64,000 bases of DNA from an uncultured Alphaproteobacteria bacterium (GCA_902621165.1 CACNKX010000001.1:213071-277070); one strand, 5' to 3'; shown: positions 1 to 14,163, numbered from the stretch's first letter. Notes: generated by a model from the letters alone, not told the origin. Numbers and translations: made by a program.

Positions 1-971
1 TTTTAGAATTAAATTCAACTATAAAAACTAAAGTTTTAAAATTTGATGAGGAATTATCAAGATTAAGCTTAGGTATTAAACAACTTACAGATAATCCTTG
101 GGATAAAGTAAATGAAAAAATTACAATTAACGAAAAGGTTAATGGTAAAGTGGTAAGTATGAACGACAACAATGTTCATATAATTGTTAATAGTGAATAT
201 GATGGTGTAATTTCATTAAATGAACTTAGCTGGTTAAAAAAACCACCACATCCATCAAAAATTTTAAGCTTAAATGAAGAAGTCGATGTTTTAGTTTTAG
301 AAATAGATGAAGAGAAAAAAAGAATAAATTGTAGTTTGAAACAGATGAAGGAAAATCCTTGGAATAAACTTAAAGAAAACTTTAATGTTAATGATACATT
401 TGAAACAGAAATTGTTAATATTGTAGATTTCGGAATTTTTGTCAAAGTTATAGATGAAATAGACGGTATGGTACATATTTCCGATTTAAGCTGGGATGAA
501 AAAGATTGTGAAACAATGATTAAAAACTTTAAAAAAGGTGAAAAAGTTAAAGTTAAAATACTTGATATTAATGCTGATAAAGAAAGGATAAGTTTGGGTA
601 TCAAACACTTAAAAAATGATCCAGTTCAAGAGTATATAGAAAAAAATCCAATTAATTCCAAAATAACAGGCAAAATAATTGATATTGAGGAAAAAGGTCT
701 TAAAATCGAATTAGATAAAGAAAATCAAGTTTACGGTTATATAAAAAAATCAAACTTATCTAATGATAAAAACGAGAATAAAACTGATAGGTTTGCATTA
801 GAAGAAAATATAGATTCTATAATACTATCAATTGATACGAAAAGCAGAACCTTAAATCTTTCAATAAAAGAGCTCGAAATACGTGACGAGAAAGAAGCCT
901 TGAGTAAATATGGATCAAGTACATCAGGAGCTTCTTTGGGTGATATTTTAGGATCTGTCCTTAAAAAATAG
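1..971 (+). CDS. rpsA: 30S ribosomal protein S1, C-terminal portion (5' end lies upstream of the window)
   Basis: Frame 3 is open from base 3 to the stop at 969-971. Repeated S1/OB modules are present (VDFGIFVKV, MVHISDLSW, ISLGIKHL, LSLGIKQLTDNPW). ihfB follows, as in alphaproteobacteria. Confidence 0.9.
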   Translation, partial: LELNSTIKTKVLKFDEELSRLSLGIKQLTDNPWDKVNEKITINEKVNGKVVSMNDNNVHIIVNSEYDGVISLNELSWLKKPPHPSKILSLNEEVDVLVLEIDEEKKRINCSLKQMKENPWNKLKENFNVNDTFETEIVNIVDFGIFVKVIDEIDGMVHISDLSWDEKDCETMIKNFKKGEKVKVKILDINADKERISLGIKHLKNDPVQEYIEKNPINSKITGKIIDIEEKGLKIELDKENQVYGYIKKSNLSNDKNENKTDRFALEENIDSIILSIDTKSRTLNLSIKELEIRDEKEALSKYGSSTSGASLGDILGSVLKK

Positions 972-976
972 GACTG

Positions 977-1285
977 ATGTTAAAATCACAAATACTTGAA
1001 AAGTTACAAATTAAACACAATAATCTTAAAAGTGAAGATATAGAAACTCTTTTTAATTTGTTTATTAAGAAAATGTCCAATTCTTTAAAAAATGGAAGAA
1101 ATATAGAAATAAGAGGATTTGGTACAATAAGTAGAAAAATTAATAAAGAAAAATTTGTAAGGAATCCAAAAACAAATGAAAAATTATTTAAAAACAAAAG
1201 TTATAAATTACATTTTAAGATTGGTAAAATATTGCATAAAAAAATAAACAATTTAAATATTCCTAAAAAAGAAGATGTCTTCTAA
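977..1285 (+). CDS. ihfB: Integration host factor beta subunit (HU/IHF family)
   Basis: 102 aa with the HU/IHF arm region GRNIEIRGFGTISRKINKEKFVRNPKTNEKL. It sits directly after rpsA. Confidence 0.85.
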   Translation: MLKSQILEKLQIKHNNLKSEDIETLFNLFIKKMSNSLKNGRNIEIRGFGTISRKINKEKFVRNPKTNEKLFKNKSYKLHFKIGKILHKKINNLNIPKKEDVF

Positions 1286-1958
1286 AAGAATCATTGTTGC
1301 TTTAGATAGTAGCAATTTTGATAAAGTAAAAAAATTAGCAGAAACTCTAAAAAAAGAAGTTTATGCTTTTAAGATAGGTTATCAATTTTTTTTTAATTTT
1401 GGAATCAAAGGTTATAAAAAAATTCATTCAATTTGCCCAAATATATTTCTTGATCTAAAATTACACGATATACCAAATACGGTTGAAAAAGGCATGGATG
1501 CTTTACTTAAGATTAAACCAAAATTAACTACAATACATATTTCGGGTGGAGATCAAATGATGAAAGCAGCAATCAAAAACAAAAAAAATACAAAAGTTTT
1601 AGGTGTTTCAATTTTAACAAGTATTGATAATTCTCAAACTAAAAAATTTTATAATCAAAAAGATGTATCAATATTAGTTAGAAAATTTTCTAAATTTGCA
1701 AAAAAAAATAAACTAGACGGCGTTGTTTGTAGTCCTAATGAAATAAAATATGTGAGGAAAGAAGTTGGAAAAAATTTTATAATTGTAACACCAGGAATTA
1801 GAATTAATAATAAAATAAAAAGTGATGATCAAAAAAGAATACAAACTCCTAAAAAAGCTATAGAATTAGGAGCAGATTATTTAGTTATTGGCAGACCTAT
1901 TACTGAGTCAAAAAATCCACTGAAAGTATTAAAAGAAATTAATAAAACTCTTTTATAA
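1275..1958 (+). CDS. pyrF: Orotidine 5'-phosphate decarboxylase
   Basis: 227 aa with the DLKLHDIPNT active-site motif and C-terminal VIGRPIT. Confidence 0.9.
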   Translation: MSSKRIIVALDSSNFDKVKKLAETLKKEVYAFKIGYQFFFNFGIKGYKKIHSICPNIFLDLKLHDIPNTVEKGMDALLKIKPKLTTIHISGGDQMMKAAIKNKKNTKVLGVSILTSIDNSQTKKFYNQKDVSILVRKFSKFAKKNKLDGVVCSPNEIKYVRKEVGKNFIIVTPGIRINNKIKSDDQKRIQTPKKAIELGADYLVIGRPITESKNPLKVLKEINKTLL

Positions 1959-1959
1959 A

Positions 1960-2589
1960 ATGATTATTAAGATTTGTGGAATTCAAAATAAAGAAACATT
2001 AATTTGTTGTGAAAAAAATAGTATAAATTTTTTTGGTATGATATTTTATTCAAAAAGTCCAAGGAATATATCAATTGAAAAAGCAATTGTTCTTCAAAAA
2101 ATTTCAGAAAATTTTAAGATTAATGGTGTTGGTGTATTTGTAGATAGAAATATAGATGAGTTAGAGGAGATTATTAAAAAAATAAAATTGAGATTTGTAC
2201 AACTACATGGATCAGAGGATGATACATATATCAAAAATATAAAAAAAAATGGAGTAAAAATAATTAAGTCGATTTCTATATCTAATAAAAACGATTTAAA
2301 TCAAATTGATAAGTATGAAAATGCTGATTATTTTTTATTTGATTATAAACCACTAAAAGATGAACTGCCTGGAGGAAATGCCAAAAGTTTTGATTGGAAA
2401 ATATTAAGAAAACTAGAAATTGAAACTCCTTGGTTTTTATCTGGAGGCATAAACACAAATAATATTCACCAAATACTTGATGATATAAATCCATTTGGCA
2501 TAGATTTATCTTCTGGAGTTGAAAAAGAGCTTGGCATTAAAGATAATCGGATTATAAATAATTTTATCGAAAAATTAAATCATGCTTAA
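1960..2589 (+). CDS. trpF: Phosphoribosylanthranilate isomerase
   Basis: 209 aa starting KICGI, with FVQLHG and GLSGGI-type motifs. It sits directly upstream of trpB-trpA. Confidence 0.9.
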   Translation: MIIKICGIQNKETLICCEKNSINFFGMIFYSKSPRNISIEKAIVLQKISENFKINGVGVFVDRNIDELEEIIKKIKLRFVQLHGSEDDTYIKNIKKNGVKIIKSISISNKNDLNQIDKYENADYFLFDYKPLKDELPGGNAKSFDWKILRKLEIETPWFLSGGINTNNIHQILDDINPFGIDLSSGVEKELGIKDNRIINNFIEKLNHA

Positions 2590-3790
2590 AAATACATTTA
2601 AGAGTTATCCAAATGAAAAAGGGTATTTTGGTCAATTTGGTGGAAGATATGTTTCTGAAACTTTAATGCCATTGATTCTTGAAGTAGAGAAGGAATACGA
2701 AAAAATTAAAAATGATAAAAATTTTATAGATGAATTTAATTATTATTTAAAAACCTATGTTGGAAGACCTAGTCCACTATTTTTTGCTGAAAGAATTACT
2801 AATGATCTTGGTGGTCCAAAAATTTATTTTAAAAGAGATGAACTTAATCACACTGGTGCACATAAAATTAATAATTGTATGGGACAAATTCTATTGGCTA
2901 AAAAAATGGGAAAATCTAGAATTATCGCAGAGACAGGTGCGGGACAACACGGAGTAGCTACAGCAACTGTATGCGCTTTATTTGGTTTACCTTGTATTGT
3001 CTATATGGGTGAGAAAGATATTGAAAGACAATCACCAAATGTATTTAGAATGAAATTACTTGGTGCAGAAATTCGATCTGTTTCAACTGGTTCAAAATCT
3101 CTTAAAGATGCTATGAATGAAGCTTTGCGAGATTGGGTAACTAATGTTCAGGATACTTTTTATATAATTGGAACCGCTGCAGGACCACATCCATATCCTG
3201 CTATGGTTAGAGATTTTCAATCTGTAATTGGCAAAGAAGTTCGTAAACAACTTGAAGAACTGGAAGGAAAGGCACCAGATTTACTAATGGCATGTATTGG
3301 TGGTGGCTCAAATGCTTTAGGGTTGTTTCATGAATTTTTAGATGATTCAAATGTTGAAATGATTGCTGTTGAAGCAGCAGGGCATGGGATAGAAACTGAT
3401 AAGCATGCAGCAAGTTTAACAGGTGGTAAGCCAGGGGTATTGCATGGAAATAAAACATATTTATTACAATCAAAGTCTGGACAAATTCAGGAAGCACATT
3501 CCATTTCAGCGGGGTTAGATTATCCAGGAATTGGACCAGAACATTCATTTTTATTTGAAGAAAAAAGAGTTAAATATATGTCAGCAACAGACAAAGAAGC
3601 ACTGGAAGCTTTTCAATATTGTTGTAAATTAGAAGGCATAATTCCAGCTTTAGAACCAGCACATGCATTAGCTGCATTAAAAAAAATAGCACAAAACTAT
3701 AGTAAAGATAAAATTATTGTCATGAACATGTGTGGCCGAGGAGATAAAGATATTTTTACTATAGCTGATGAATTAAACATAAAGATTTAA
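2582..3790 (+). CDS. trpB: Tryptophan synthase beta chain
   Basis: 402 aa with [11 protein letters not shown] (PLP lysine), GGGSNALG and the [11 protein letters not shown] motif. Confidence 0.97.
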   Translation: MLKNTFKSYPNEKGYFGQFGGRYVSETLMPLILEVEKEYEKIKNDKNFIDEFNYYLKTYVGRPSPLFFAERITNDLGGPKIYFKRDELNHTGAHKINNCMGQILLAKKMGKSRIIAETGAGQHGVATATVCALFGLPCIVYMGEKDIERQSPNVFRMKLLGAEIRSVSTGSKSLKDAMNEALRDWVTNVQDTFYIIGTAAGPHPYPAMVRDFQSVIGKEVRKQLEELEGKAPDLLMACIGGGSNALGLFHEFLDDSNVEMIAVEAAGHGIETDKHAASLTGGKPGVLHGNKTYLLQSKSGQIQEAHSISAGLDYPGIGPEHSFLFEEKRVKYMSATDKEALEAFQYCCKLEGIIPALEPAHALAALKKIAQNYSKDKIIVMNMCGRGDKDIFTIADELNIKI

Positions 3791-4585
3791 ATGACTAATT
3801 TAATTAGTCAGGCATTTAAAGATGATGAAAAAAAACTAGTAACATTTGTTACTGGAGGCGATCCTGATTTCGAAACAAGTTTACAAATTATTAAGACAAT
3901 CATTAATAATGGGGCTGATATTATGGAAATTGGAATGCCCTTTTCTGATCCAATGGCTGATGGTCCAACAATTCAGTTATCAAGTAATAGAGCGATAAGT
4001 AAAGGAATTGATTTAGAAAATATTTTCTCTTTAGCCTCCGAGGCAAAGAAAACAAAAATTGATCTACCTATTATTTTAATGGGTTACTATAATTTGATTT
4101 TACATTTTGGAATTGAGAAGTTTGTAAAAAAATGCAAAGAAAATGGAGTTGATGGTTTAATAATTGTAGATCTACAACCAGAAGAAGATGAAGATTTGAT
4201 TAATGAGCTTAAAAAAAATGAAATTGATTTAATTAGATTAATTACACCTACGACTGACGAAGAAAGACTTAAGTTAATATTAAAAAATGCTAGTGGTTTT
4301 TTATATTATGTAAGTGTTATGGGAATTACTGGACAAAAATCTGCTGATCTTAATGAACTTAAAAAATCAGTCGCTTTTATCAAAAAACATACGAACTTAC
4401 CAGTTGTGCCAGGATTTGGTATTAAAAACTCAACTGATGTTAAAAATATATGCAAAATAGCTGATGGTGCAGTTGTTGGCTCAAGTATAATTAAAATAAT
4501 TGAAGAAAATTTAAATAACAAAAATAAGATGTTGTCAGAAATTAATAAATTTTCAAAAGATTTGAAAGATGGAACTAAAGTATGA
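3791..4585 (+). CDS. trpA: Tryptophan synthase alpha chain
   Basis: 264 aa with EIGMPFSDPMADGPTIQ and the YYVSVMGITG motif. Confidence 0.95.
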   Translation: MTNLISQAFKDDEKKLVTFVTGGDPDFETSLQIIKTIINNGADIMEIGMPFSDPMADGPTIQLSSNRAISKGIDLENIFSLASEAKKTKIDLPIILMGYYNLILHFGIEKFVKKCKENGVDGLIIVDLQPEEDEDLINELKKNEIDLIRLITPTTDEERLKLILKNASGFLYYVSVMGITGQKSADLNELKKSVAFIKKHTNLPVVPGFGIKNSTDVKNICKIADGAVVGSSIIKIIEENLNNKNKMLSEINKFSKDLKDGTKV

Positions 4586-5424
4586 ATTGGTTAACAAATT
4601 TTGTAAAACCTAAACTATCCTCGCTTGTAAAAAGAAGAAGTGTTCCAGAGAAATTATGGAATAATTGTGTGTCATGTGGAAATATGATTCATCATAAAGA
4701 TTTAAAGGAAAATTTATTTGTTTGTGTAAATTGCAATTATCATTTTAGAATGTCTGCAGAAGATAGGATAAAATTGTTTTTCAAAGATGGTGATTATAGT
4801 GAAATTATCCCAGACAAAATCTCAGATGATCCACTGAAATTCACGGATAAGAAAAGATATAAAGATAGATTAAAAGAATACAGAAAAAAAACAAATAGAG
4901 ATGACGCTTTTATTCTTATAAAAGGAAAAATTAAAGATAAAGAAATTATCTCGGGACTAATGAATTTTGAGTTCATGGGTGGTTCTATGGGTAGAGCAGT
5001 TGGTGGAGCAATAGTTAAAGGTGCAAAAATTGCTATAGAAAACAAATTGCCTTACGTAATTGTTACTTCATCTGGTGGGGCAAGAATGCAGGAAGGAATT
5101 GTAAGTTTAATGCAAATGCCTAGAACAATTGCTGCTGTCGATCTGTTAAATGAAAATAATATACCTTACATAGTTGTTCTTACTGAACCTACTACTGGTG
5201 GAGTAACAGCTTCTTTTGCAATGTTAGGTGATATAACAATAGCAGAACAGGGCGCTACAATTGGTTTTGCAGGTAAAAGAGTTATACAAGACACCATCAG
5301 AGAAGAATTACCTGTAGATTTTCAAAAAGCTGAATATCTAAAAGATCATGGGATGGTAGATATTGTTTCTCATAGAAAAGATCTTAAAGAAACTTTATAC
5401 AAAGTATTAGATCACATAAGTTAA
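4582..5424 (+). CDS. accD: Acetyl-CoA carboxylase carboxyltransferase beta subunit
   Basis: 280 aa with an N-terminal Cys4 zinc ribbon (CVSCGN...CVNCNYH) and a carboxyltransferase domain (GGSMG, SGGARMQEG). It overlaps trpA by an ATGA junction. Confidence 0.95.
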   Translation: MNWLTNFVKPKLSSLVKRRSVPEKLWNNCVSCGNMIHHKDLKENLFVCVNCNYHFRMSAEDRIKLFFKDGDYSEIIPDKISDDPLKFTDKKRYKDRLKEYRKKTNRDDAFILIKGKIKDKEIISGLMNFEFMGGSMGRAVGGAIVKGAKIAIENKLPYVIVTSSGGARMQEGIVSLMQMPRTIAAVDLLNENNIPYIVVLTEPTTGGVTASFAMLGDITIAEQGATIGFAGKRVIQDTIREELPVDFQKAEYLKDHGMVDIVSHRKDLKETLYKVLDHIS

Positions 5425-5427
5425 TAA

Positions 5428-6687
5428 GTGAAATCTAAAACAGAAAAGTTGTTAGATGAGCTTGTTAAACTTCATCCTAAATATATTGATCTTTCATTAG
5501 ACAGATTAAAATTATTATTAAAAAAATTAGATAATCCTCAAGATCATCTGCCAAAAACTATCCATATCGCAGGAACAAATGGAAAAGGCTCTGTACAAAG
5601 TTTTATAAGAAATATTTTGTTTAAGAATGGGTATAAATGTGATGCATATATATCACCTCATTTATCTAGATTTAATGAAAGAATAATTCTAAATAATAAA
5701 GAAGTCAGTACAAAGAAGTTGTACGAAACTCTTACATTTGTAAAAAAAATAAATAATAATAAACCAATAACTTTCTTTGAAATAACAACAGCTGCAGCCT
5801 TCATATTATTTAAACAATCAAAATCTGACTTTCTTATTTTAGAGACAGGATTAGGAGGCAGATTGGATGCAACTAATATAATACCAAAAAAAATTTGCAG
5901 TATTTTAACGCCAATTAGTTTTGATCATGAGGAATTTCTAGGAAAAACACTTAAGAAAATTGCTAATGAAAAATTGGGTATAGTGAAAAATTGTGATTTT
6001 GTTTTAGTTGGTAAACAAAAAAAAGAGTTAAAAAATCACATTCAAAAAAAATTAAATAAGTTTGAAAATAAATATTTTTATGGGAAAGAATTTCAAGTAA
6101 CAAAATCATTAAAAAATAAGTTTGAAATGAAAGTAGATGGAAAAAAATTTCTCTATACTCAACCTTCATTGAATGGAAAACATCAAGAAGAAAACGCTTC
6201 AATATCTATATATTTTGCGAAAATCATGAAAAAAATGGGTTATAAATTAAATACAAAAGAAATTAATACAGCGATAAAAAAAACAGTATGGCCAGGAAGA
6301 TTGGAAATTATTAATTATAAGAATAAAAAAATAATTCTTGATGGATCACATAATATTGATGGAGCTGATAAACTAAATGAATTTTTAAAAACTGAAAGAA
6401 TAAAACCCACAGTCTTGTTTGGAATGTTGAATAATAAGAAAGCAAATTTATTTTTGAATAAAATAAAAAAAAGAGTATCAAAAGTTTTAGCTATAGAAAT
6501 TCCAGATGAAAAAAATTCATTTAAAACTAAACAAATAAATGAAATCTGTAACTTTCATTCTATTAAATGTGAGCAAATAAATAATATAAATCATGCTTTA
6601 AATTATTTTAAATCTCATCAACAAAAAATATATTTAATTACTGGTTCTTTGTATTTGATAGGAAAAATTAGAAAAAGACTATTATAA
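5428..6687 (+). CDS. folC: Bifunctional folylpolyglutamate synthase / dihydrofolate synthase
   Basis: 419 aa with a Mur-ligase P-loop (AGTNGKGS), a GTG start, and the conserved accD-folC order. Confidence 0.9.
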   Translation: MKSKTEKLLDELVKLHPKYIDLSLDRLKLLLKKLDNPQDHLPKTIHIAGTNGKGSVQSFIRNILFKNGYKCDAYISPHLSRFNERIILNNKEVSTKKLYETLTFVKKINNNKPITFFEITTAAAFILFKQSKSDFLILETGLGGRLDATNIIPKKICSILTPISFDHEEFLGKTLKKIANEKLGIVKNCDFVLVGKQKKELKNHIQKKLNKFENKYFYGKEFQVTKSLKNKFEMKVDGKKFLYTQPSLNGKHQEENASISIYFAKIMKKMGYKLNTKEINTAIKKTVWPGRLEIINYKNKKIILDGSHNIDGADKLNEFLKTERIKPTVLFGMLNNKKANLFLNKIKKRVSKVLAIEIPDEKNSFKTKQINEICNFHSIKCEQINNINHALNYFKSHQQKIYLITGSLYLIGKIRKRLL

Positions 6688-7002
6688 ATTGGATTGTATC
6701 CAGGTCTCTAATGCTGTTTTAGGAAGACTCCCAACCTTAGTATCGATTAACTCACCATTTTTAAAAATCATTATTGTAGGAATGCCCCTAATACCGTATT
6801 TTTGTGGTGTCATAGGGTTCTCATCAATATTCATTTTATATATTTTAACTTTATCTTTATTCTCAACAGCAATTTCTTCTAAAATTGGGTCAAGTACTTT
6901 ACATGGACCGCACCATTCTGCACCAAAATCAACTACCACTGGAACTTCATTAGTAGATATATCATTGGCAAAAGTTTGATCGTTTGTTTTAAGAGTAGAC
7001 AT
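6682..7002 (-). CDS. trxA: Thioredoxin
   Basis: 106 aa with the WCGPCK active site and GIRGIPT motif. Confidence 0.95.
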   Translation of the reverse strand: MSTLKTNDQTFANDISTNEVPVVVDFGAEWCGPCKVLDPILEEIAVENKDKVKIYKMNIDENPMTPQKYGIRGIPTIMIFKNGELIDTKVGSLPKTALETWIQSNL

Positions 7003-7048
7003 AAATAATATGTAAGAAATATTTATCTATTATCAAGCTAAATTAAAT

Positions 7049-7729
7049 CTAATTTTCTAAAATTGTTTTTTTATCCCCAATATGTCTAATTTTAGATGGA
7101 ATTGTATAACCTTTGATTTGATTGTTTTTTATTAATTTTGTCCAAATTTCATTCATTGGGAATATTTTTTTTCTATTATTAAAGATATTTTTAGATACGA
7201 TTTGAAGACCGGAATAATACAATTTCTCATTTTTATTTTTCCAATTTATAACTATATTTCTTTTTAAATTAAAGTCGCCATTTTCTTTTTTTAAACCTAA
7301 AAAATTAATATCTTTAGACAACAACATTTTACAGTAGGATACATCTTGATAATTACTTAGAAAATTTTTGATATGTGATTTATTTTTTTTTGTCCAAAAA
7401 ATATCAGAATTAACAACACAGATTTTATCTCTTTTTGTATGATTGAAAATGTTTTTTACTCCTCCTCCTGTGCCAAGTATAGTCTTTTCATAGATAATCT
7501 GGATGGGATATTTTTTAAAATTTTTATCCAAATATTTTTTAATTTTATGATGTAAGTAATGTGTATTTATTAAGATTTCATCACATCCAATATTAGTAAA
7601 GAAATCAATTGTGTTCTTTAACAATACTTTATTTTTATATTTTAATAAAGGTTTTGGAGTACTGCGTGTCAAATTTAACATTCTTGTTCCAAAACCTGCA
7701 CATAAAATCATTAATGTAAAATTCTTCAT
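7049..7729 (-). CDS. murU: Sugar-phosphate nucleotidyltransferase, MurU-like
   Basis: 226 aa with N-terminal LCAGFGTRM...TPKPLL, the NTP-transferase signature. It is paired with a kinase-fold gene and tsaE, the arrangement I recall for amgK/murU-like pairs in alphaproteobacteria. The exact substrate is not determinable here. Confidence 0.7.
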   Translation of the reverse strand: MKNFTLMILCAGFGTRMLNLTRSTPKPLLKYKNKVLLKNTIDFFTNIGCDEILINTHYLHHKIKKYLDKNFKKYPIQIIYEKTILGTGGGVKNIFNHTKRDKICVVNSDIFWTKKNKSHIKNFLSNYQDVSYCKMLLSKDINFLGLKKENGDFNLKRNIVINWKNKNEKLYYSGLQIVSKNIFNNRKKIFPMNEIWTKLIKNNQIKGYTIPSKIRHIGDKKTILEN

Positions 7730-7732
7730 AAT

Positions 7733-8650
7733 TTATAAATACTTTTCATAAATTGATTTTAGTTCATAATTTTTAATATTATTCAATGTCTCTAGTGTTC
7801 TAGATTTAGTTATTTTTAAATAATCTAAGTATTGATTATCATTATTTGTGCTAAATATTTTTCTCCATCTACCAAGTAATCGAGTTTGTCGAGCTAAACT
7901 AAAAACATAGTATTGTTCCCGAAAAGAATTGAAATTTTCAATAATTGGCATGTTATTATAAAAATATTCAATTAATTTATTATTGTAATCTCTTGTAAAA
8001 TTAATTCTTGGATTTTCTAATAATGATATTAAATCCGATCCTATAAATCCCATAAAAGCACTTTGAAAATCAATAATTCCACATTGTAAATGTGATTCAT
8101 AATTTTCTAAAAAAAATAAATTAACAAATTCAAAGTCTTTATGAACAAAATTTTTCATATTATTATTTTGAGAATAAAATATACTTTTCCATAATTCATA
8201 AAATTTTGAAGTGGGAAAATTTGAATTTTTGTTGGTAGGAATATAATAAGTAACAAACTCTTTAAGTTCAATTTTTAAATCTTCAAAGGTATACTCTTTT
8301 AAATTTTTTAAATTATTTAAATTTGATTCATTTTGAATAACAATTATATTTTCTACAGCTAGTTTTAAAAGTTTATAAAGATTGCCTTTATTGTATATTT
8401 TATTAAATCTATTTTTTCCAAAATCTTGCATATATATTTTATATTGCTTTCGATTAACTTCATATATCTTGGGAATTGATATATTAATCTTTAGTAATAT
8501 TTCATAAATATTAAGGAAATTTTTAAAATCTTGTTTATCTCTAGAAAAATCAATTATTATTTTGGTATTCTCTTTTTCAGTAACTCTATAAATTAATTTA
8601 CTAGATAATCCGTTCTCGATTTTTTCTAAATCATAATGATTATAATTCAT
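7733..8650 (-). CDS. amgK: Aminoglycoside-phosphotransferase-fold kinase, AmgK-like
   Basis: 305 aa with a kinase-like core (HKDFEFVN...GIIDFQSA, resembling HxDxxxxN...DFQ of APH-fold kinases). It lies between tsaE and the NTase gene. Confidence 0.6.
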   Translation of the reverse strand: MNYNHYDLEKIENGLSSKLIYRVTEKENTKIIIDFSRDKQDFKNFLNIYEILLKINISIPKIYEVNRKQYKIYMQDFGKNRFNKIYNKGNLYKLLKLAVENIIVIQNESNLNNLKNLKEYTFEDLKIELKEFVTYYIPTNKNSNFPTSKFYELWKSIFYSQNNNMKNFVHKDFEFVNLFFLENYESHLQCGIIDFQSAFMGFIGSDLISLLENPRINFTRDYNNKLIEYFYNNMPIIENFNSFREQYYVFSLARQTRLLGRWRKIFSTNNDNQYLDYLKITKSRTLETLNNIKNYELKSIYEKYL

Positions 8651-8654
8651 TAAA

Positions 8655-9101
8655 TTATTGATTAAAACTAATATTAATTTTTCTTTTAGTTTCTGAAATC
8701 ATATCTAAATTTATTAAATAATGATTTTTGTTTAGTGGTAAACCAATTAACATTTCAGGCCATTCTATAAATGTAATATTGTTATTTAAATTTTCGAAGA
8801 AATCTAATTCCTCTAATTCCTTTAGACTCTTTACTCTATAAAGATCATAATGATAAATTTGTGATGAATTCAACTCATATGTTATTAAAATAGGGAATGT
8901 TGGACTAGTAATAGAAGATGGTTTTGGTAAATTATTTAATACAAAAAGATTGTTAATTAATAATCTTACAAATGTTGTTTTACCAGCACCTAGTTCCCCT
9001 TGAAATAAGTAAATATCTCCAACAGATATTTCTTTACACAGATTAGTTGTAATTTCTTCAAGTCCTCGAAGATCTAAAATTTGATTACTTAATTTTTGCA
9101 A
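8655..9101 (-). CDS. tsaE: tRNA t6A37 biosynthesis ATPase TsaE
   Basis: 148 aa with the GELGAGKTTF P-loop and YHYDLYR motif. Confidence 0.9.
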   Translation of the reverse strand: MQKLSNQILDLRGLEEITTNLCKEISVGDIYLFQGELGAGKTTFVRLLINNLFVLNNLPKPSSITSPTFPILITYELNSSQIYHYDLYRVKSLKELEELDFFENLNNNITFIEWPEMLIGLPLNKNHYLINLDMISETKRKINISFNQ

Positions 9102-9107
9102 ATTTTG

Positions 9108-10277
9108 TTATGCAATACCTTTAAGAGCTTCAACTAAATCAGTTTTTTCCCAAGTAAAATGTCCCCTGTCACTTGGCTGTCTGCCAAAATGGCCATAAGC
9201 AGAGGTTGGAACATAGATTGCATTTGTTAGTTTTAAATGTTCTCTTATTCCTCTTGGGCTTAGATCAAATAAATCTTGCACAGATTTTTCAATTTTCTGT
9301 TCATCAACTTTATTTGTTCCATTAGTATTAACATATACCGATAAAGGTTTTGATACTCCTATCGCATAGGATAACTGTATAGTACACTCATCAGCCAAAT
9401 CCGCTGCTACAACATTTTTTGCTAAGTATCTAGCTGCATATGCTGCAGATCTATCAACTTTAGATGGATCCTTTCCTGAAAATGCACCGCCACCATGGGG
9501 CGCTGCACCACCATACGTATCAACTATTATTTTACGGCCAGTCAAACCAGAGTCACCATCAGGGCCTCCGATTACAAAGTTTCCTGTGGGATTGACATAG
9601 AATTCTTCATCCTTAAGACCTTCTAATAAGTTATTAGGTATACACTCATATACGTAAGGTTTGACTATTTCTTTTACATCCGCAGGAGATAAACCCTCTT
9701 TGTGTTGTGAAGAAATTACCAAAGAAGTAACTTTGCTTGGTTTTCCGTTTTCATAAAGCATTGTAACTTGGCTTTTTGAATCAGGTTCTAGACCAGACGC
9801 AGATCCATCTTTACGGGCTTGTGCCATTTTATATAATATTTGATGAGAATAATGTATTGGTGCTGGCATTAATGATTCAGTGTCTTTGCAAGCAAAACCA
9901 AACATGATTCCCTGATCGCCTGCGCCCTCATCTTTATTGCTACCAGAATCAACACCTATAGCAATATCAGCTGACTGCTCATGAAGAAAACTTTCAATAT
10001 CACAATTCTGCCAATGAAAACCATCTTGTTCATAACCAATATCTTTAATACAATCTCTAACTTGAGATATAATCTGATCTTTAGAAACTGATGGACCCCT
10101 TACTTCTCCAGCTAAAACTACTTTATTAGTGGTAGTCAAAGTCTCACAAGCCACGCGTGTTTGTGGGTCACCAGATGATAAATAAGTATCAACAACCATA
10201 TCAGAAATTCTATCACAAACTTTATCTGGATGGCCTTCAGAAACTGATTCACTTGTAAATAAATAAGATCTTTTCAT
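9108..10277 (-). CDS. metK: S-adenosylmethionine synthetase
   Basis: 389 aa with [20 protein letters not shown], and the [19 protein letters not shown] motif. Confidence 0.98.
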   Translation of the reverse strand: MKRSYLFTSESVSEGHPDKVCDRISDMVVDTYLSSGDPQTRVACETLTTTNKVVLAGEVRGPSVSKDQIISQVRDCIKDIGYEQDGFHWQNCDIESFLHEQSADIAIGVDSGSNKDEGAGDQGIMFGFACKDTESLMPAPIHYSHQILYKMAQARKDGSASGLEPDSKSQVTMLYENGKPSKVTSLVISSQHKEGLSPADVKEIVKPYVYECIPNNLLEGLKDEEFYVNPTGNFVIGGPDGDSGLTGRKIIVDTYGGAAPHGGGAFSGKDPSKVDRSAAYAARYLAKNVVAADLADECTIQLSYAIGVSKPLSVYVNTNGTNKVDEQKIEKSVQDLFDLSPRGIREHLKLTNAIYVPTSAYGHFGRQPSDRGHFTWEKTDLVEALKGIA

Positions 10278-10285
10278 ATTAACTC

Positions 10286-13279
<2,994 letters not shown>

Positions 13280-13308
<29 letters not shown>

Positions 13309-13993
13309 ATCTTGTTCTTATTTGATCAAAAGAATTATCATAAGATCTGAATTTTTTTCTTAATCTCTTTATATGGCTATCAATAGTCCTGTCATCAACA
13401 TATATTGAATCACCATACATTGCGTCCATTAATTGATTTCTATCTTTTACTACCCCAGGATACTGAGCAAGAGATTTAATTAAATTAAACTCTGCAACCG
13501 TAAGTTCAATTTCTATACCTTTCCAAAAACATAATTGTTTATCTTCATCTAGTATCAAATCACCTTTTATAAAATTTTGTTTTTTAATATTATTATCTTT
13601 TTGTTCTTCATTTCTATTGTTATGAATTCTTAGCACTGTTCTTATGCGCTCATTTAATAATTTTTGTGAAAAAGGTTTTTTTATATAATCTGAAGCTCCC
13701 ATTCTTAATCCAATTATCTCATCTTGTTCATGATCTTTAGACGTTAAAAAGATAATCGGAAGATCTTTTAGATTTTCAATCTTGCTCGAACGTACTTTTG
13801 AAAGAAGTTCATTTCCATCCATTTTTGGCATCTTAATATCAAACAGTCCCAAATCATAAGATTTGCTTTCAAGAGCTTCTAAGGCTTCAACTCCATTAAC
13901 AAATGTATCTACTGTAAATCCCTCACTTTGCAGAGAAAGAGATACTGATGTGAGAATCGACTGTTCGTCATCAACTAATGCTATCTTCGGCAT
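13280..13993 (-). CDS. chvI: OmpR-family response regulator, ChvI/BvrR type
   Basis: 237 aa with IALVDDEQSILTSVS, FDIKMPKMDG, IFLTSKD, KPFSQ and YVDDRTIDSHIKRLRKKF. These closely match my recollection of rhizobial ChvI. Confidence 0.85.
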
Positions 13994-14135
13994 ACTGTAT
14001 TTTATTAATAATTTATGGCAGATTTAAGTTCAAAGAAAAAATGACTCAGTTAACAAAATGTGACTTAAGTTAATAAGTAAATGTAAATATTTCAATAACT
14101 TGTTTGCCTCATAAAAATATGAATTAAGTAAGGGA

Positions 14136-14163
14136 TTGACATGATAAAAAAAATATTTATGTT
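14136..14163 (+). promoter_or_regulatory. Candidate sigma70-type promoter for nrdA (TTGACA-16 nt-TATGTT)
   Basis: TTGACA at 14136-14141 and TATGTT at 14158-14163, about 110 nt upstream of the nrdA ATG. This is sequence pattern only. Confidence 0.3.

Noticed and set aside
176-604. Numerous 60-140-aa ORFs in the six-frame track lie antisense to, or out of frame within, confidently assigned genes. Examples are 176-604, 961-1197, 3207-3548, 10613-10984, 25609-26022, 28128-28430, 34979-35290, 42597-42908, 43094-43390, 56314-56583 and 60333-60683.
   Set aside because: Each is fully contained in a well-supported conserved gene. Their translations are low-complexity (rich in L, S, F, I, as expected for shadow frames of AT-rich coding DNA), and none shows a recognisable motif.
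14015-14044. A mini-ORF MADLSSKKK in the chvI-nrdA spacer shares its first 8 nt (ATGGCAGA) with the nrdA start. A second 10-codon ORF lies at 14041-14073.
   Set aside because: They lie about 230-260 nt upstream of nrdA and upstream of the best promoter candidate. The similarity is only 8 nt, and there is no supporting signal. Chance is the most likely explanation.
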